Assembly (NCBI GenBank): GCA_023231475.1
Contig: JALJEE010000027.1
Location: 62,001 to 113,034, forward strand
From: Seison nebaliae
Taxonomy: Eukaryota
Length of the DNA: 51,034 nucleotides
Direction: 5' to 3'
The notes under the pieces: generated by a model
Database searches by the model: none
The model's input: the letters and a program-made list of their open reading frames with translations, nothing else
What the model was told of the DNA's origin: nothing
Shown here: piece by piece, positions 37,523 through 51,004 of the stretch
Numbering within the stretch: position 1 is the first letter of the stretch
Layout: every line of letters begins with the position of its first letter
Position numbers and translations under genes: made by a program

Positions 37523-38683
37523 ATGGAGACTTATGATGGAGAATCATTTCTTTTTACTTCGGAGAGTGTGGGAGAAGGACATCCTGATAAGATTTGTGAT
37601 CAAGTAAGTGATGCTGTACTCGATGCACATTTGGCAGTGGATCCACATGCCAAAGTGGCATGTGAAGCTGCAGCCATGACGGGAATGATTTTTGTATTTG
37701 GTGAGATTTCTTCCAACGCCACAATCGATTATCAGAAAGTTATTCGGGAGACTATTCGCGATATCGGTTATGATTCGAGTGAGAAAGGATTCGATTATAA
37801 AACTTGTAATGTCCTTCAAGCGATCGAGGAACAAGCTGTAGAAATTGCAGACGCTGTTCATAAAAATCGTGCTCAAGAAGATTTAGGTGCTGGTGATCAA
37901 GGAATCATGTTCGGTTATGCTTCAGATGAAACGGAAGAATGTATGCCATTGTCATTAGTTTTGGCTCATCAGTTGAATAAGAAATTGGCCGATTGTCGAC
38001 GTGATGGAACGTTATCATGGGCATTACCAGACTCGAAAACTCAAGTAACTGTCGAATGTAAAATCGAAAATGGTGCCGTCATTCCCATTCGTGTACATAC
38101 TATTGTCATTTCCAGTCAACATAAATCGAATGTGACAGTGGATCAAATTCGTGACGATTTAATGAATATCGTTATTAAAGATGTGATTCCAGCGAAATAT
38201 TTGAATGAAGAAACGAAATATCATTTGAATCCGTCAGGTTCCTTCATTTTTGGTGGGCCACTTGGAGATGCAGGATTGACAGGAAGGAAGATTATTGTCG
38301 ATACTTATGGTGGATGGGGAGCTCATGGTGGTGGTGCATTTTCAGGAAAGGATTATTCGAAAGTTGATCGATCGGCAGCTTATGCTGCTCGATGGGTAGC
38401 GAAGTCGTTGGTGAAGAGTGGTCTTTGTCGTCGTGTTCTCGTACAATTGTCTTATGCGATCGGAATAAGTGAACCGATATCAATTGCGGTTTTCACTTAT
38501 GGTACGTCGACGATGAAGGAGAAAGAATTGGTGAGAATTGTTAAAGAGAATTTCGATTTGAGACCGGGGAAAATTGTGGAGGCATTAAATTTAACTCAAC
38601 CGATTTATAAAAAAACCGCTTGTTATGGTCATTTTGGTAGAGAAGACTTTTCATGGGAACAATGTAAAGAATTAAAATTCTAA
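37523..38683 (+). CDS. MAT: S-adenosylmethionine synthetase, copy 2, intronless CDS
   Basis: [39 protein letters not shown] at 37523. Confidence 0.97.
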   Translation: METYDGESFLFTSESVGEGHPDKICDQVSDAVLDAHLAVDPHAKVACEAAAMTGMIFVFGEISSNATIDYQKVIRETIRDIGYDSSEKGFDYKTCNVLQAIEEQAVEIADAVHKNRAQEDLGAGDQGIMFGYASDETEECMPLSLVLAHQLNKKLADCRRDGTLSWALPDSKTQVTVECKIENGAVIPIRVHTIVISSQHKSNVTVDQIRDDLMNIVIKDVIPAKYLNEETKYHLNPSGSFIFGGPLGDAGLTGRKIIVDTYGGWGAHGGGAFSGKDYSKVDRSAAYAARWVAKSLVKSGLCRRVLVQLSYAIGISEPISIAVFTYGTSTMKEKELVRIVKENFDLRPGKIVEALNLTQPIYKKTACYGHFGREDFSWEQCKELKF

Positions 38684-39335
38684 TTAAATCGAATTTGATG
38701 GAACTTCAAAGTTATTTAAATCATAATTATCTTTTTTTAAATTGCACATTTCGTTTTAATTGATTCAATATGATGTTATTGATTCTTTTCTATTATTCTT
38801 TCTAATTTTCATTTTCTTTTCATCAGTTTATTAATTAACTTTTAATAATTAAATTTGTTTAATCTAATAAAAGTTAATTTAAAATTATTTATCTAAATTA
38901 ATAAATTTTGAAATTCTCACACAGTTAGTCGAGTCTATGTTATTGGTCGTTTTGATCAAATAATCTGCTTTAACATCAGATCCAATAAAATGATGTTAGT
39001 GAATTTTTAGTAAAGTAATCCTGATAATTAATTTTCCTGAATAGTCGTTATATGTATGAAATTATATAATACAATGATCATGATACATTACTGACCAATT
39101 AATATTTAGTCTAATAATTATTTTAAGAAATCAATTGAAGATAATTGGATTAGGTAATGATTACTGAACCTAAACAGTTTGTGTCATATTAGAAATTAAA
39201 TGAGGAAAAAATTGTTTATTTCATATTTGAAATTTAATAAGGAAAGAATTGGTTGTGTCATATCAGAAAGTTAAAAAAAGAAAAATTTTTTTTAAATAAA
39301 AGCAATAAAGTGTTGATAATTAAAAGATAGTTGAA

Positions 39336-41526
39336 TTATCGTTTCTTCAGAAATAATCTGAAAGCCAATACCAATAATCCAACGAGATGAAGGCCAATAC
39401 CCAATGCGGCGAGTATAGTAAAATCTTTCCATTTTTTTACCTGCAATATATGAATGATGACAATATAATATGACGAATAAAATACAAACATCATCCATAC
39501 TCAGAGAATGTAGTACTTGTTCCCCGGTATGAAAGCAAGTGGTTGTGTTAGCAGGACATGGAATGGTTTTTATATTTTCCCATTGATTCGTACAAATTAA
39601 ATCATAACCATATTTGAACCAGGACACATATTTTATCCAAATAAAATAAATAGGAGTCGATGAATTGTTTAAAAATAATCCTCCGAATAACATTAGCGGA
39701 ATAGTCATGGGGGCTGACAAGGCCAATGCAACTTCAATACTCGATGCCAAACATGAGATGAACATTCCAAATCCAGACGCTGAAATTGCAACCAGATTTG
39801 TGATAATAACAAATAAACCAAACGCCCGTCCACTACTATAAAAGCCAACTGTCCAATAAATAATAGTGGCAAATATTGTGGTGATTATGGCGGTTAATAC
39901 CATCTAAAAATATCGTCGATTAGTTAGAACAAATTATTTCAATAAACATTGACAATTGCTTTCGTGGTGAAGAATGGAATTATTCCATAAACTTTCTTTC
40001 TTCTCTCTCTCATGAATAAAGGAATTTGTCCAGTTATTGTCTGAAAAATTAAAAGATAAATGAAACTTATAAAATTTTACTAAACATTTACAACAGCGAA
40101 CATACTGGAAAATGAGAGATTTGTTAAAACGACGAAAGAGATCCCATTGAAATTTTGAATTCCCGTTTGGTTGATAGTCAATTGGAAGAAGATGAATCCC
40201 AATAATAAACCGATAAACTATTTTTTTAAGAAAATTTTAAAATTATTAAGAAATTATTAAAGAAGGCAAACAGCTGCTTGCATAATTCTCATTCTCAACG
40301 CAAATGGTTGACGAATTAATTCGAAGAAACTTCTCCAAAGTAGCCAGCCCAATTCCTTTCCCATCGACGATTTCTTCCGATTAATCCTGCGAAGTTCAAC
40401 CGAATTCGATGTGAGATCTTTCGTATTAGCTATATCTGCTTTCAATTCCATCATTCGTTGCGAATTATCATATTTTTCAAAAGCAACATCAATGTCTGTT
40501 ATGCACTTTTGTTCTTGTCCGGGTTTCAACGCAAATTCTTCTAAAAGGAATTCGGCCGGATTATAACTAATCGGACATTCTTTTCCATATGTCTCACTAA
40601 AGAAAGGGATTGCTGCATTGGCATTACCAAAATAAACACATCGACCATTCGCCAGTAACATCAGTTGATCGAACATTTGGAAAATCGCACTTGACGGTTG
40701 ATGAATTGTGCAAACAATTGTCATTCCTCTACGAGCCAACAGTAACAATGATTTGACAACGGTACTCGCTAAGAATGAATCAAGACCAGAAGTCGGTTCG
40801 TCGCAAAAAAGGATTGACGGGTCAGATAACAATTCGGTGGCTAATGACAATCTTTTCATTTCCCCACCAGAAATTCCTTTTATTGTTCGATTTCCAATTA
40901 ATGTGTTTTGACATAAAGTTAATCCTAACTAGAAATATGATTATTAAATGATGAAACCATTTTTTTTTAAATTACAAACATCAGCTATTAATTCTTCGAC
41001 ATATTCTAATTGATCAATTCTCGAAACTAATTGATCAAGACGTAATGCGCTATGAAAACGAAGATGTTCTCTTACGGTCAATTCTCCCACAAACATGTCA
41101 TCCTGTTCCACATAAGACGAATATTTCCCCATCATTTTTTGAGTTGCAGTCAAACAGTTTAGTCTGATATTTCCAATTCGAACTAGATCACTACTATTTC
41201 TCAAATTCAAAGTGTTTAACAAAGTCGTTTTTCCACTTCCACTACAAATAAATTTTTAAATTATAAAAAGAAAAAGAAAATTTTTTAATAAATTGGAACC
41301 TCGCACCCAAAATGGCCAACATTTGACCACTTTTTACACAACCAGAAACGTTCGATAAAATCTGTTTAGATGGAACGATTTTCCTGCACAAACTCTTTTT
41401 ACTCTTCGTTTTAACACCCAAATTCTCCCATGTTAACGAGACATTTCTTTCCTGGTGCCAAGTTCCTTGAGATGCGAACGTCTTAAACGGTGACGATTCC
41501 GGACTACCAATTAGATTTTCATCCAT
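39336..41526 (-). CDS. ABCG half-transporter, white/scarlet-like, 7 exons
   Basis: Walker A GASGSGKT (across an intron), ISGGEMKRL, LFCDEPTSGLD, TIHQP, PLMLFGGLFLN..WIKYVSWFKYG. Introns 41299-41242, 40979-40929, 40271-40218, 40085-40041, 39947-39904, 39489-39441. Confidence 0.92.
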
Positions 41527-41822
41527 ATTAAATTCAATATTTTTGATGAAATAAATTTCTTAATCTCACTTATATATATGGACTATTATCTTGAAATGAT
41601 GGTGGTAAATTGCGCTAGACCTTCTACTGAACTTTGATCCTAAAGTTCGTTAGCTTAAGGAAAATAGTTAGAAAATTGTACGTTAATTAATTTCTTAAAA
41701 ATTCATTCAAAAATTTGAAGAAATTTTAATTTACAATTTTAGCTTGTCAATTTTTATGTGATACGTAATAAATTTATCAATTCATTCATCTTTACTTCAT
41801 TCACACTCATACGTGCAGTTCG

Positions 41823-42804
41823 ATGTTATTGTGTAAGAGGAGAAACAATTTCTTTTCATTAGTCTCGAGAACATTTGCCACAGGTTTCTTCTAACGTCAT
41901 CAAATGAATTAACCGCTCAATGTTACCAATAGATGAAAAAAGAAGTGTAAAAATTGTTGAAGTGGGTCCACGTGACGGTTTGCAGAATGAGAAAATGATC
42001 ATTCCAATTCAAACCAAATTGGAATTTATTCGACAATTGATCGACTGTGGAATAAAAAATATCGAGGTTGCCAGTTTCGTCTCACCGAAATGGGTACCAC
42101 AAATGGCTGATTCGAAAGAATTATGTAAAAAATTGCCAATTATCGATAATGTGAATTATTCAGCTCTCGTACCGAATGAACGTGGAATGATAAATATGAT
42201 GGAATGTAAAGAGATTAAAGAGATCGCTGTATTTGGTGCAGTGAGTGAAGAATTTACTAAACGGAATGCTAATTGTTCAATTGATGAAGCACATAAACGA
42301 TTTAAACCGATTGTACAACAAGCCTTAAATAATGGAATTAAAGTACGAGGATATATCAGTTGTGTGTGGGGATGTCCATATGAAGGTATTCGAATTAATC
42401 AAAAACAAAACGATAAATTAGTTCATGTCATTAATACTCTATTAGAAATGGGATGTTATGAAATCGCTTTATCTGACACAATTGGTGTGGCGACTGCGAA
42501 TCGAGTTACTGAAATTTTGAAGGAATGTGAAAAATCGAAAATTTCTTTCGATAAAATCGCACTTCATATGCATGACACGAGAGGACAAGCGTTGTGTAAT
42601 ATTAAGACTGCTTATGATATGGGAATTAGAGTATTCGATAGTAGTGTGGGTGGTCTTGGCGGTTGTCCATATGCCGATGGTGCCACTGGCAACGTAGCGA
42701 CTGAACATCTTGTTTATCTTTTCGATTCGTTGAATGTTGAACATGGAATCGATTACGAGAAATTGTTAAGTTGTGGACAATTCATAAAATCTTATTTAAC
42801 TTAA
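41823..42804 (+). CDS. HMGCL: HMG-CoA lyase, mitochondrial, 2 exons (intron 41884-41932)
   Basis: VKIVEVGPRDGLQNE, HMHDT, GGLGGCPYA.GATGNVATE; the upstream exon supplies a presequence MLLCKRRNNFFSLVSRTFAT in frame. Confidence 0.94.
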
Positions 42805-42927
42805 ATTATTCTTATTAATTATTTTTTCTTTAGCTCTTCACACACAAAAAAACCATCAGAAATTTTAAAATTTTTTGAAAATTTTTTATTTTCTTAAAAA
42901 TTATTAGAATTCATTTGTTTGACAGGA

Positions 42928-43367
42928 ATGGCAACTAAATCTGCTGTAATTCAATCACTTTTAGCAAGCGTCGAACAACAACTATCGATATTGAACGGTT
43001 TTTTTTCATATTTCAATTTTATTATGACGGTTTTTGAAACAACTTTTTTTTGGAAGGTATTTCACGTCGTATTGAATTCGAAGGATTATTAAATCAAACT
43101 ACAGATCCGAAATGTGAAGAATTAGATAATTCGATATTTCTTGAAAAACAAAAATTATGTTATTTAGAAGCGGTACGAATTGGTTAGTATTTTCGACTTG
43201 ATTTTTCATTTATAAATTTAAATATTATTCAAATTTAAATTATCAAAATAAATTATGTAGCAAAACCGTTAATGGATAGTGGATTGAAAATGAAGAATGA
43301 GAAAAGTGAAGTGAAAAAATCAATTGGAAAAAAACCGGCTGATATTCCATCCAATCAACAAAGCACT

Positions 43368-43404
<37 letters not shown>

Positions 43405-43997
43405 GCAAAGTAGTAGAAGAGAAAAAAGAAGTTCCATCATCGAATAAGAAGGAGAAGAAGAAGAAAGTGAAGAATGAGAAGAAGGAACCGGTGAAAATGA
43501 ATGAGAAAATTGACGTTTCTCGATTGGACATGAGAGTGGGAAAGATTTTGTCGATAGAAAAACATCCGAATGCTGATGCATTATATGTAGAGAAGATTGA
43601 TGTTGGAAATAATGAAATTCGAACAGTTTGTAGTGGATTAGTGAACTTTATGGGAATGGAAGAAATCAATAATTCTTTAGTTGTTGTTCTTTGTAATTTG
43701 AAACCAGCAACAATGAGAGGAGTGACTAGTGAAGCAATGGTGATGTGTGCGAGCACTCCTGACAAAGTGGAATTGATGAGACCGAATGATTCTTCTGTTC
43801 CCGGTGATAAAGTGGAATGTGGAGAATATCTGGGAGTACCAGACGAACGATTAAATCCAAAAAAGAAAATTTTGGAACAAATTTTACCAGATTTAAAAAC
43901 AAACGCAAATCGTGAAGCTACTTATAAAGATTGTTTGTTAAAGATCAAAAATGAAGTAATTCTTTCAAAGACATTGACGAATGTTATTATAAAATAA
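42928..43997 (+). CDS. AIMP1: AIMP1/p43 (EMAP-II tRNA-binding domain protein), 3 exons
   Basis: DVSRLDMRVGKI..KHPNADALYVE..RTVCSGLV..CNLKPATMRGVTSEAMVMCA, LNPKKKI; N-terminal helical exons joined via introns 42998-43056 and 43183-43260. Confidence 0.88.
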
Positions 43998-44290
43998 CTG
44001 TCATTGTTATTTTTGTTAATTTAAATGTTTTATCAAATAAAATTAATTTTAAATATTTTTTATTCTTTCATTCCAATTAATTTCGATGAATATTAAATTA
44101 AATTTTATTAAATTTAATTTATGGAAAAGCGGTTTTTTAAATGGGGAAGAAAATCGAGTTTTTTTGCAAAAATTGAAAATCGTAATTTGATGCATATATG
44201 TTGCACTTGTTGAGTTTGCATTTGCAGTTCTTTTTTTATTTCACATTTTCCACTTTTTGTATTTGGTGTTTCATTTCAATTTTCGACTAA

Positions 44291-46315
44291 ATGATTCCGG
44301 AGAACATCGTACATCGTCGGAGTTATGTGGGATGTCAACCCAACTCTTGCTTCCTAGCGAGATTCATTCACAATGTAAATTTTAAATGTCGAAAATTAAT
44401 ACGTCATGCAACGGAAATGATGACTTTTCTTTATCTTCTACTATTTCTTTCGTTAGGAGATTTTTGAAGTAGAATAAATTTTATGATTCTCTTAACAGAT
44501 ACTATCTTGCGTACAGTATGTGTGGTGGGATATTTTTCTGCATTGTTTGCATAGGAATTTTGAAGAAATTAGAATTTGATCGATTTCTTCGAGATACTCG
44601 CATTCAATTATTATTTGGTTATTAATTTAACTAATTAATTTTATTATTAATTTTTTATAGAATTATATAGATGTTTCTTCCGAGGACTATTACCATTACC
44701 AACCATGAAAGTATTCGGTTGTGTTTCCGAATCCACAATGGAATTAATTCGAAAAGGCAAAATAAATGAAGCGAAATTGAACAAACAATTTTATGGTGAA
44801 ACGAGTGATGTAACAGCTGTAGATCCATCATGTTTCAATAAATCATCTAATAATCAAGATGGAAAATTGGGTCAAAGTAAAGCAAACAGCATAAGAAATA
44901 GAAATCCGTCAAAACCGGTTTCTACTACTATGGCAGCACCTGTATCGTCTCCCAAAAAATTATCACATACTTCAGTAAATCAATCCAATCGACATCAATC
45001 AGAATCGATGCTTGATCATTCTAGTCTAAAAAAAAAATCACAAACCAATAAAAAACCATCGGCCACTTCGGCCGGAAAAACATCGAAATCGGTAAAAGTA
45101 TCAGATATAATCGAACCACCAAAATCTGTCAGTCAACATCAAACAGAAAGTCCAATAACTGACAATGATAATGACAATGAAAATAAAAATGAAAGTGACA
45201 ATGAAAATGAAAACACTACTAATAACAACGTGTCACTTTCGGACCAATTAAATAAAAACCCAAATGCCACAACATCGATCTTATCTCAATTTCCAATAAA
45301 ATTTGATGAAAGTCGTACCAGTTATGAAATAAATGACAACGAAATCAATTTTGCTAATATGCCAGTTGATTCGGCCGAGTATGTTTTTAAAGAAACCAAA
45401 AATAAAAATTCCACAAGTCAAAGTGGAAGTACACCGGAGAATTTACCGGCCTACAAAACAAATTCAACTACTTCGAAACATTCACGAAAGGAACAAAGTA
45501 CGTTTAAAACGAATGAAAGTACTAGCAAAATGAAAGAAAGTACTAGTAGAACGAAAGAAAGTACTAGCAAAACGAAAGAGAGTACTAGTAAAATTTCCAG
45601 ACGTTCATCTATCCGAAAGAAACGAAGACGACAAATAAAACCAGTGAAAGATTCAAGTGATTCATTATCAAAATTTTCAAAAGCAATTGAACAAAAGAAA
45701 GCGGATATTTCTGCAAGATCTTCTAAAAGAAAACATAGATCTATAAAACGAAGATCGATATCAAAAAAGAGAACAAAATCAAACAAAAAGATACATACTA
45801 GTTCACCTGATGTTTATACTACTCCTCAAACAGCAAGTCCTACAATAGAAAATAGATCTTCGAAAAATGTGAAGAAACATAAAGTTTTAAGAAAACGAGT
45901 CAGTAGAGACAGAAAAAGTGAATATAGAACAAGAGACATAAAGAAACATGAGAAAGATATACATGAAACTCAATCGAAACATCATAGAAAGAATGAGGAG
46001 AAAATGAAGAAAGTTGAACAAGATAAGAAAATACTTAAAGAAAAACGATCACATATGAGAGAGAATTTAACTGAAACAAGAGGTTTTGATGATTCTTGTG
46101 CGAAATCGCATAATAAAAAAGACTTAACACAAGTATCGGAACCAACTTCTGGTGGTCTAAATAATAATAACAAGACAATTCCCACAAACTCAACGAAAGA
46201 ACTTTTGTCTAATGGAAATGTCTCAAATCTATTCAAATCTACATCAAGAAACTCAAGTGATAAGAATGGTTTGGTAACGGCTAAATGTGAAGAAAAAACA
46301 ACCGAATCATATTGA
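44291..46315 (+). CDS. Hypothetical protein with an N-terminal hydrophobic segment and a long Ser/Lys/Arg-rich disordered region, 3 exons
   Basis: The 536-aa ORF extends in frame through introns 44452-44498 and 44618-44660 to ATG 44291. Confidence 0.7.
45515..45593 (+). repeat. 21-bp coding tandem repeat, about 4 copies (ESTS[K/R][M/T]K)
   Basis: GAAAGTACTAGyArAAyGAAA units directly visible. Confidence 0.85.
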
Positions 46316-46736
46316 CAAAAAAAAAACAATTAACAAGTGAATAATTTAATATCTTGTTGATGTGATTGATCGGTGAGTTTCATTAAACTCATTGGATTGA
46401 AAACAATTTATAATTCTCGGGAACAAATTTCTAATAGTAAATTGAAAAAAATTCATAAAGAAAACTATTTCTATGAACTCTTCTAAATGTCGTTTATTTC
46501 CTCAAACTAATCTCATTGCTTCTTTTCTTTTAGTTGTGGAAATTTTTTGTTTGAAAAAAATTTTGATAAATTTTTTTTTTCAAAAATAATAAATATTTTC
46601 TTTGTTTCAGTTTGAAGTCGGCTCAATTGATGTATTCACCTTTGAAAATTTGAAATTGAAATAATTGACATTTAAAAATGAAAAAATATAAATTAAGAGC
46701 CGAAAAAAGATTCACATTTTTTTTACGATTCTAATC

Positions 46737-48311
46737 ATGCTATTAGGCATAGGAGAAACGGGACTTCAAAAACGAATTGAAATAGATAAAAATAATTTTA
46801 AGAATTTAAATCCGGATCATGAAAAATCGAGAAAATGTATTCCAACCGCTTTCTGTTGGGAGAATGATGATGAAGTTTTTATTTTTGACAATATTCAATA
46901 ATTAATTTTAATAGTTTTTAGTAGTTCAACGTGATGGAAATGTGAGTCGTACTCGGATCGAATCAAACGAGAAAATGACAATTGAGACAATTTCTCAATT
47001 GGAATTGGTGTCGATCGATGAAGAGAAACCAATTCAATATATTGAGAATTCAATCGATTTAGAATTGACAAAAGTTTATGGGAAACATATAATTTTGTTA
47101 GATGTTCTTCCTTCCGGATATTTCACTTGTGATATCGACCGCAATATCAGATATTATAATTCAAAAGTTAAATATAAATTTTTGAAATTTTTTAAAATTT
47201 TTTTAAATTAAAGTTTGAACTGATTTCATCAAAAGACGATCTTTCGATTTATAATGAGAAGATAATTGTGAAGGAATTAACATCGACAATTGTAAATCAT
47301 CGATTAATTGGAAAATATAATCGAATTAATAAAGTTTTAGCAACTGGTGGATTTGAGTTTGAAATCGAATTATTTCAATTGAATGAAAATAATAATCAAT
47401 TTTCATCAACTCCATTTTGGAGATCAAGAAATGTTAGAGAGTTTTTTTCAAATTGACAAATATCCCAAATTCCTTTAAGGTCTCTCATGATCATTTGAGT
47501 TTAAGAATACCAATATGGATAAGAGATATTGTATTCTATCCTCAACTCTCACAAAATTCTTTATTCAAAAATGAGAAACATTCTAACGATTTAATTGTCT
47601 GTACAGCATATGGTCATGTTCGATATTATTCTCCAAAGACTTCAAAACGACAACCGTTATGGAAGTTCGATTATGAAGGAACTGCTCTCTCACATATCCG
47701 ATTTCTACCAAATTCTAATAAGTTAATAAGAAATTAAATTTAATTATTTTTCTTAATTAATTACTCTGAATTTCAATAAGCTTATTCGTTTGCTCTACAA
47801 CAAATAATGATTTGTTATTGTTTGATATGAATCAACGTCAGAAAAATGAGAAGGGATTATTAATTCGTGGTTATCGCGGCCATGCAGGATTGATAGAAGA
47901 TATCCAATTTCTTTACGGAACTAAACGAGAAATTATTTTAGGAAAGAAACCACTCAAAAGATCAATTCTTACGACGAGTACTGATGACTCGAGGGAAAAG
48001 ATTCGCTATTCCTCCAAAAAGATTATGAGACAATCAGATGAATTGATCGAAATAAATTTATCAGATTTATCTGATGACGAAAAAGAAGAAGAAAATAAGA
48101 TTAAAATTATTGCTGATGAAAATGACGATGACGTAAAGAAACAATTATTCATCGTTACAGGAAGTTTAGATCGTTATATTCGAATTTATGAAATAGATGA
48201 TTCATTTCCATTGAAACAAGTTCCATTTTTCATTAACATCTCCATGTGAATTTATTTTAGATATATGTGAAATCGAGAATGAAATTTCTCGGAACGACAA
48301 TCAATCGATAA
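46737..48311 (+). CDS. WDR74: WDR74/Nsa1 ribosome biogenesis WD40 protein, 6 exons
   Basis: GETGLQK start, FWRSRNVSHDHLSLRIPIWIRDI, CTAYGHVRYY..KRQP, GSLDRYIRIY, IYVKSRM. Introns 46875-46914, 47167-47213, 47433-47479, 47722-47780, 48220-48260. Confidence 0.85.
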
Positions 48312-49150
48312 ATATTATTAACTAAATAATTATTGAAATGTTTTGTTGTAAATAATTTATGAGTAATAAATTACTGAATCGATAAAATCAATTTTACTTG
48401 ACAACATTCTCATTCACCATCTCAATTGACTCTAGTTGACTCGATAACAACAATTATTAATCTTCACTACCAAGTTGCTCTATTATGGGTGGTGCGATAT
48501 GCGGATAAAATTAGAGAGAGGAATTGGATATGTTAATTATTTTGCTCCTGCATTCCATGCAACATTCATCGCCAAGACATGACTATATATATATATGTGT
48601 GTATGTATGTGACAGAAATGCATTTATTATCATAATATTTGAAAAGGGAGAAGAACTTAATCGAATTTACTTTTCCTTCATTTGAGAGACGAAGTCGCAT
48701 TATTTATTTCGCTGCTGCAACTACATACTCGTCTTGTTCCATGTCCCTAAATTAAATTGCATTCAGTCGTTCTAGAAATTTCGATGAATAATTATTATTC
48801 TTTAAAACTACCATTCCCCCCCTCACATTCGTTTCCATATTCCTTCTAATGACATTCCCTTCTAATTCATTTCCAAGAAAGAGATGTAACTTTCGAGTGT
48901 CTAATTTCGTTGCTCATATTTCGAATGTTAGTTTCCTACGTCGTTAAGTGTACAAAATTGAATTGACGATTGTGTACGAAATTGTTTGTTTGTTAGGAAA
49001 GTTTAAAACTGAAAAATTTCAAGTAAAATTCGACCGAAGTTCCCATTTGTACATTGTACCAGTTCTATGGCAACGAATACAAAGAGAAAAGGAAAACAGC
49101 ATTTTCCGCAACAAACTTTTATGTTTGTCGCTATAGTGACGATGTGAGAA

Positions 49151-49157
49151 TATAAAA
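49151..49157 (+). promoter_or_regulatory. TATA box of alpha-tubulin
   Basis: TATAAAA about 140 bp upstream of the ATG. Confidence 0.5.
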
Positions 49158-49279
49158 GGAATGTAAAATCATCGAGTACATATGAGACATTAGTTTCTTG
49201 AAAATTTCACATTTCTATTCGCAACCTTTTTTTCTCTCCTTTAAAAAGATTCCATCTTTCATTTATTCCTTAAACTTAA

Positions 49280-50644
<1,365 letters not shown>

Positions 50645-50969
50645 AGAAGAATCGACGAGAAAAAATGCTTTTATAAAATTTCTTAAATAAATAATTTAAT
50701 TAATTTGAAAACAATTACAAAGATCTCGCTATAATCCAATTAATTCAATTTTCACATAATTCATAGTCCTTCAAGGTATCATATAAAAATATTCTTCTAC
50801 TTTCCAATCTGAATATGACTAAAAATATGAATATTTTGAAGAGAAAAATATTTATACGAATTCTTTTTATAAAAATAGAAACTAAATGAACGAACTGAAA
50901 TGTATTTAAAAGTTTCATAAATAATAACCCTAATTCTGACCAGTCTCAATTACATATATTTGAACAGTA

Positions 50970-50973
<4 letters not shown>

Positions 50974-51002
<29 letters not shown>
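50974..51002. repeat. Poly-T run near the window end
   Basis: About 29 T followed by a short C/G homopolymer tail. Confidence 0.8.

Positions 51003-51004
<2 letters not shown>

Noticed and set aside
35485..38683. Horizontal origin or SAM riboswitch for the MAT pair
   Set aside because: The sequences are eukaryote/animal-type ([27 protein letters not shown]) with host codon usage, and no SAM riboswitch consensus was seen
41920..41932. HMGCL start at ATG 41920; TTG starts for tubulin (49280) and MAT copy 2 (37517)
   Set aside because: 41920 lies inside the predicted intron, and the conserved ATG starts are 49292 and 37523
10172..42804. Metabolic gene cluster (PCCA, MAT x2, HMGCL)
   Set aside because: The genes are far apart and interspersed with unrelated ones; chance is sufficient
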